The position numbers and the translations under genes were made by a program. Below are positions 61,104-64,000 of a stretch of DNA of 64,000 bases, piece after piece (the first letter of the stretch is position 1; the number at the start of each line of letters is the position of its first letter). The notes under the pieces are model-generated. The model made no database searches. It was not told where the DNA came from and saw only the letters and a program-made list of their open reading frames with translations. Origin of the DNA: an uncultured Methanoregulaceae archaeon (GTDB lineage Archaea > Halobacteriota > Methanomicrobia > Methanomicrobiales > Methanospirillaceae); assembly GCA_963717525.1 (NCBI GenBank), contig OY970343.1, positions 2,176,001-2,240,000 on the forward strand, written 5' to 3'.

Positions 61104-64000
61104 TTGCACATCACAGAGCTGGAGATAGATAATTTCAAGTCTTTTTCAAAAAAGACAAAAATTCCCTTTTTAGAGGGTTTCACCGTAATATCAGGCCCGA
61201 ACGGCTCCGGGAAGAGTAATATCATCGACTCAGTCCTTTTTGTCCTGGCACTTTCGAGTTCCCGCAACCTGCGTGCCGAGAAACTCACCGATCTCATCAA
61301 CCTCAACTCCGGGAAAAATACGGCTGAGGTTGCCATCGAGTTTTCCGACGGGACAAAGATCCGGCGCCGGATCAAACGGACCGGCAACGGTTATTACAGC
61401 TACAACTACCTAAACGACCGGCTCTGCAAGCAGAGCGACATTGTCGACCACCTCGCAAAGTTCGGTATCATCCCGCATGGCTACAACGTCGTGATGCAGG
61501 GCGACGTGACCCGGATCATGGAGATGAGCGATTTCGAGCGCCGGAAGATCATCGATGAGATCGCCGGCGTCTCCGAGTTCGATACAAAAAAGCAGCAGTC
61601 GCTCTCCGAGCTTGATGTAGTAAGAGAGCGCATCGAGCGCGAAGAACTCCTGCTGATCGAACTTACCAAACGGGCAAACGAGCTGAAAAAAGAGCGCGAA
61701 CACGCGCTCGAATACCAGAAGTGGCAGAAGGAGCTCGGCTTCTACCAGGGGTGCCGGTCCGCCGCCCAGCTCCGCGGCAAGGAGAAGGAGAGGGCTACGC
61801 TCCTTGCGTCTGCCGAAGAACAGAAAATTAAAATCTCCCGGATCGAGGCCGACCGGGGCATCGAGGAGAACGAACTCTCCTACCTCGGGGCCGACCTTGC
61901 AGATATCGATGAGCTCATCAACAAGAAGAGCGGGCCCGACTACCTGAAGCTGATAGCAGACCTCGAAGAGGCAAAGAGCGGGATCAAGCTCGCGGAGCAG
62001 ACCATTGCACGGCTCAAAAAGGACAAGGAGACAAACCTCGAAGGGATCAACCGGGTCTTCGCGGACACAAAACGGGCCGAGACCCGGGTCGCAGAGCTCT
62101 CTGACCAGATCCGCACGCTTTCCATCGACCGCACGAACATCGCCATCGAAGTGGCAACCTCAAAAGCGCAGCTCGAAAAGATCGAGACCGAGCTCCACCA
62201 GTACTCCTCAGACACGGAGGAGGCCCGGCAGAAACTCTTTGCCCTGATGGAGGAGGCGGAAGCAAAGAAGGGGGAGCGCTCCGCGATCCTCCACCAGCAG
62301 GACATGCTCATCGAGAAGAGCCGGATGCGCACGAGCGAACTCGAACGCCTGATCGCGCTCCAGAAGCAGCTTGACGAGGAGTATACGGCAAAGCAGGGGC
62401 AGCTTGCGGAGAACGAAGGGGCGGTGGCCGAACTTTTGGACCGGAAAAAGAGATCGACCGGAATCTCTCCGAACTGGAGAGCAGCCTCTTTGCCCAGCGT
62501 TCGTCCCTTGAACGGCTGCGCGGGGAGATGAAGGACACCGAGCAGGATGCGATCCGGCTCGAAGCCGCACAGCAGGCCCGGGGCGAGTCCGGCGGAAAGG
62601 CGATCGAGGCGGTCAAGGCCATAGAGGGCGTCCATGGCACCATTATGGAGCTGGGCTGTACACCCCCAGAGTACGCGACTGCGCTCAATATCGCTGCGGG
62701 AAACAAACTCCAGTTTGTCGTCTGCGATACCGACCAGATCGCGGCCGATGCGATCCGGTACTTAAAAGACGAGCGGCTCGGGCGGGTTACGTTCCTCCCG
62801 CTCAACAAGCTCAAACCCCCGCAGCTGCCCCCCATAAAGGAGGCCGGTATCATCGATTACGCGGTCAACCTCCTCGACTACGATCCTGTTTATGACAAGG
62901 CATTTGCCGTTGCACTTGGGGCAACGGTCGTGGTCGATACGCTCGACCGGGCCCGGAAACTGATCGGGAAGTACCGGATGGTTACTCTCGAGGGAGAACT
63001 GCTGGAGAAGAGCGGGGCGATGACCGGCGGCTCGGCAAAGAAACCGGTGAAGGGTTTCGGGGCCGCCGTTGACGATGAGATCGTCCGGATCCGGTCGCAC
63101 CTTGCCGAACTTTCCGGCGAGGCCGCAACGATCGAGGCGGGCGTCAAACGCATGACCGAAGAGGTAGATGGCAAACGGGCGCTCCGTAACGGGATTGACC
63201 AGGACATGGCCCGGGCCGGGGCACTCACCGAGGAATTTACCCGCAGGTTCGAAGCGATCACGGTCGAGAAGCAGACGATCGAGACGGCGGTCGCCCGGCA
63301 GAGAGAGGAGACGGGCACCAGCGCGGGAGAACTGTCCGCTCTCGAAGGGGAACTCGACAAGATCACCGAAGCGATCAACCTGATCACAGCCCAGATTGAC
63401 GGTATCAAGAAAAAGCTGGACGACACCAATATCCCTGCCCTCACCGACCAGATGGAGAAGAAGAAGAAGGAGATCGAGGAGGCAGAACGGCGCCTCAGGA
63501 ACAAGGAGGCGGACATGAACGATGCCTCCCGCGAGCGCCAGCACTTCACCGCCCGGACCGGGGAACTTTCGGAGGAGCGCACCCGGCTGGACGAGCGCAA
63601 CCGGCAGATCGATGCGGAGGTGGCCGGGTCAAACGGGCAGATCGATGCCCACAAGGCCGTGATCGCAGAACTCGAGGAGAAACAGAAACAGTTCTCAGGA
63701 GAACTCGAAGGCCTGCGGAAGAAACGGGCCGACGTGTCCGGCAGCATCCATGCCTCGGAAACAAAACTGATCAAGTTCGACGCGGACAAGGAGCGTTTCA
63801 CGATCCAGCTCACCGCCCTTGAGGAGCGGGCTCAGGCGCTTGCAAACGAGATCGCCGCCCTCGTGGCCATTGTCGGGGAGGTCGAGACCGACCTGACGCT
63901 CACCGAGATCGAGAGGAAGATCGCTGATGCCGAGCTTGCGCTCCACAAGATCGGCGCCGTCAACATGCTCGCCATCGAGGAGTACGAGAAGATCCAGCGG
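61104..64000 (+). CDS. smc: chromosome segregation protein SMC (partial; frameshift in A-run ~62447)
   Basis: GPNGSGKSN Walker A, Q-loop VMQGDV, hinge GVHG..GRVTFLPL..GAMTGG, VNMLAIEEY at window end. Confidence 0.97.

Overview
Chromosomal core region of a methanogenic archaeon, most likely Methanomicrobiales (Methanoregula-like). This is inferred from the F420 genes cofC/cofG/cofE, hypF, archaeal ribosomal/RNAP operons, the mevalonate cluster and RHD-type histidine kinases. In order, it holds rpl11-rpl1-rplP0-rpl12, hypF with a divergent regulator/helicase operon, apgM-rps3ae-pcc1-DHH-rps15, oapA/oapC (arvA/arvC), a five-gene CBS cluster, tRNA-Ser-rps13-rps4-rps11-rpoD-rpl18e-rpl13-rps9-rpoN-tRNA-Pro-rpoK-eno-rps2, MEMO1-mvk-ipk-fni-rnj-idsA-gltX, an orphan DNA methyltransferase, purC/cofG/cofC, glyA-folD-folP-cofE and the 5' part of smc. 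About 13 single-base frameshifts hit otherwise intact genes, some essential, and look like sequencing error. The most striking unexplained signal is non-coding: two ~250-bp intergenic loci 28 kb apart (885-1136 and 28821-29070). Each is built from three 23-bp GGAGGGGGTCGG-core motifs in alternating orientation, and every motif has an exact inverted counterpart at the other locus. Also notable are structured RNA leaders (L1 operator, S15 leader with alternative pairings, three-way junction before tRNA-Ser), a stand-alone HEPN-like gene, and a CofE paralog coupled to folate genes. No CRISPR array, rRNA or transposase was seen.
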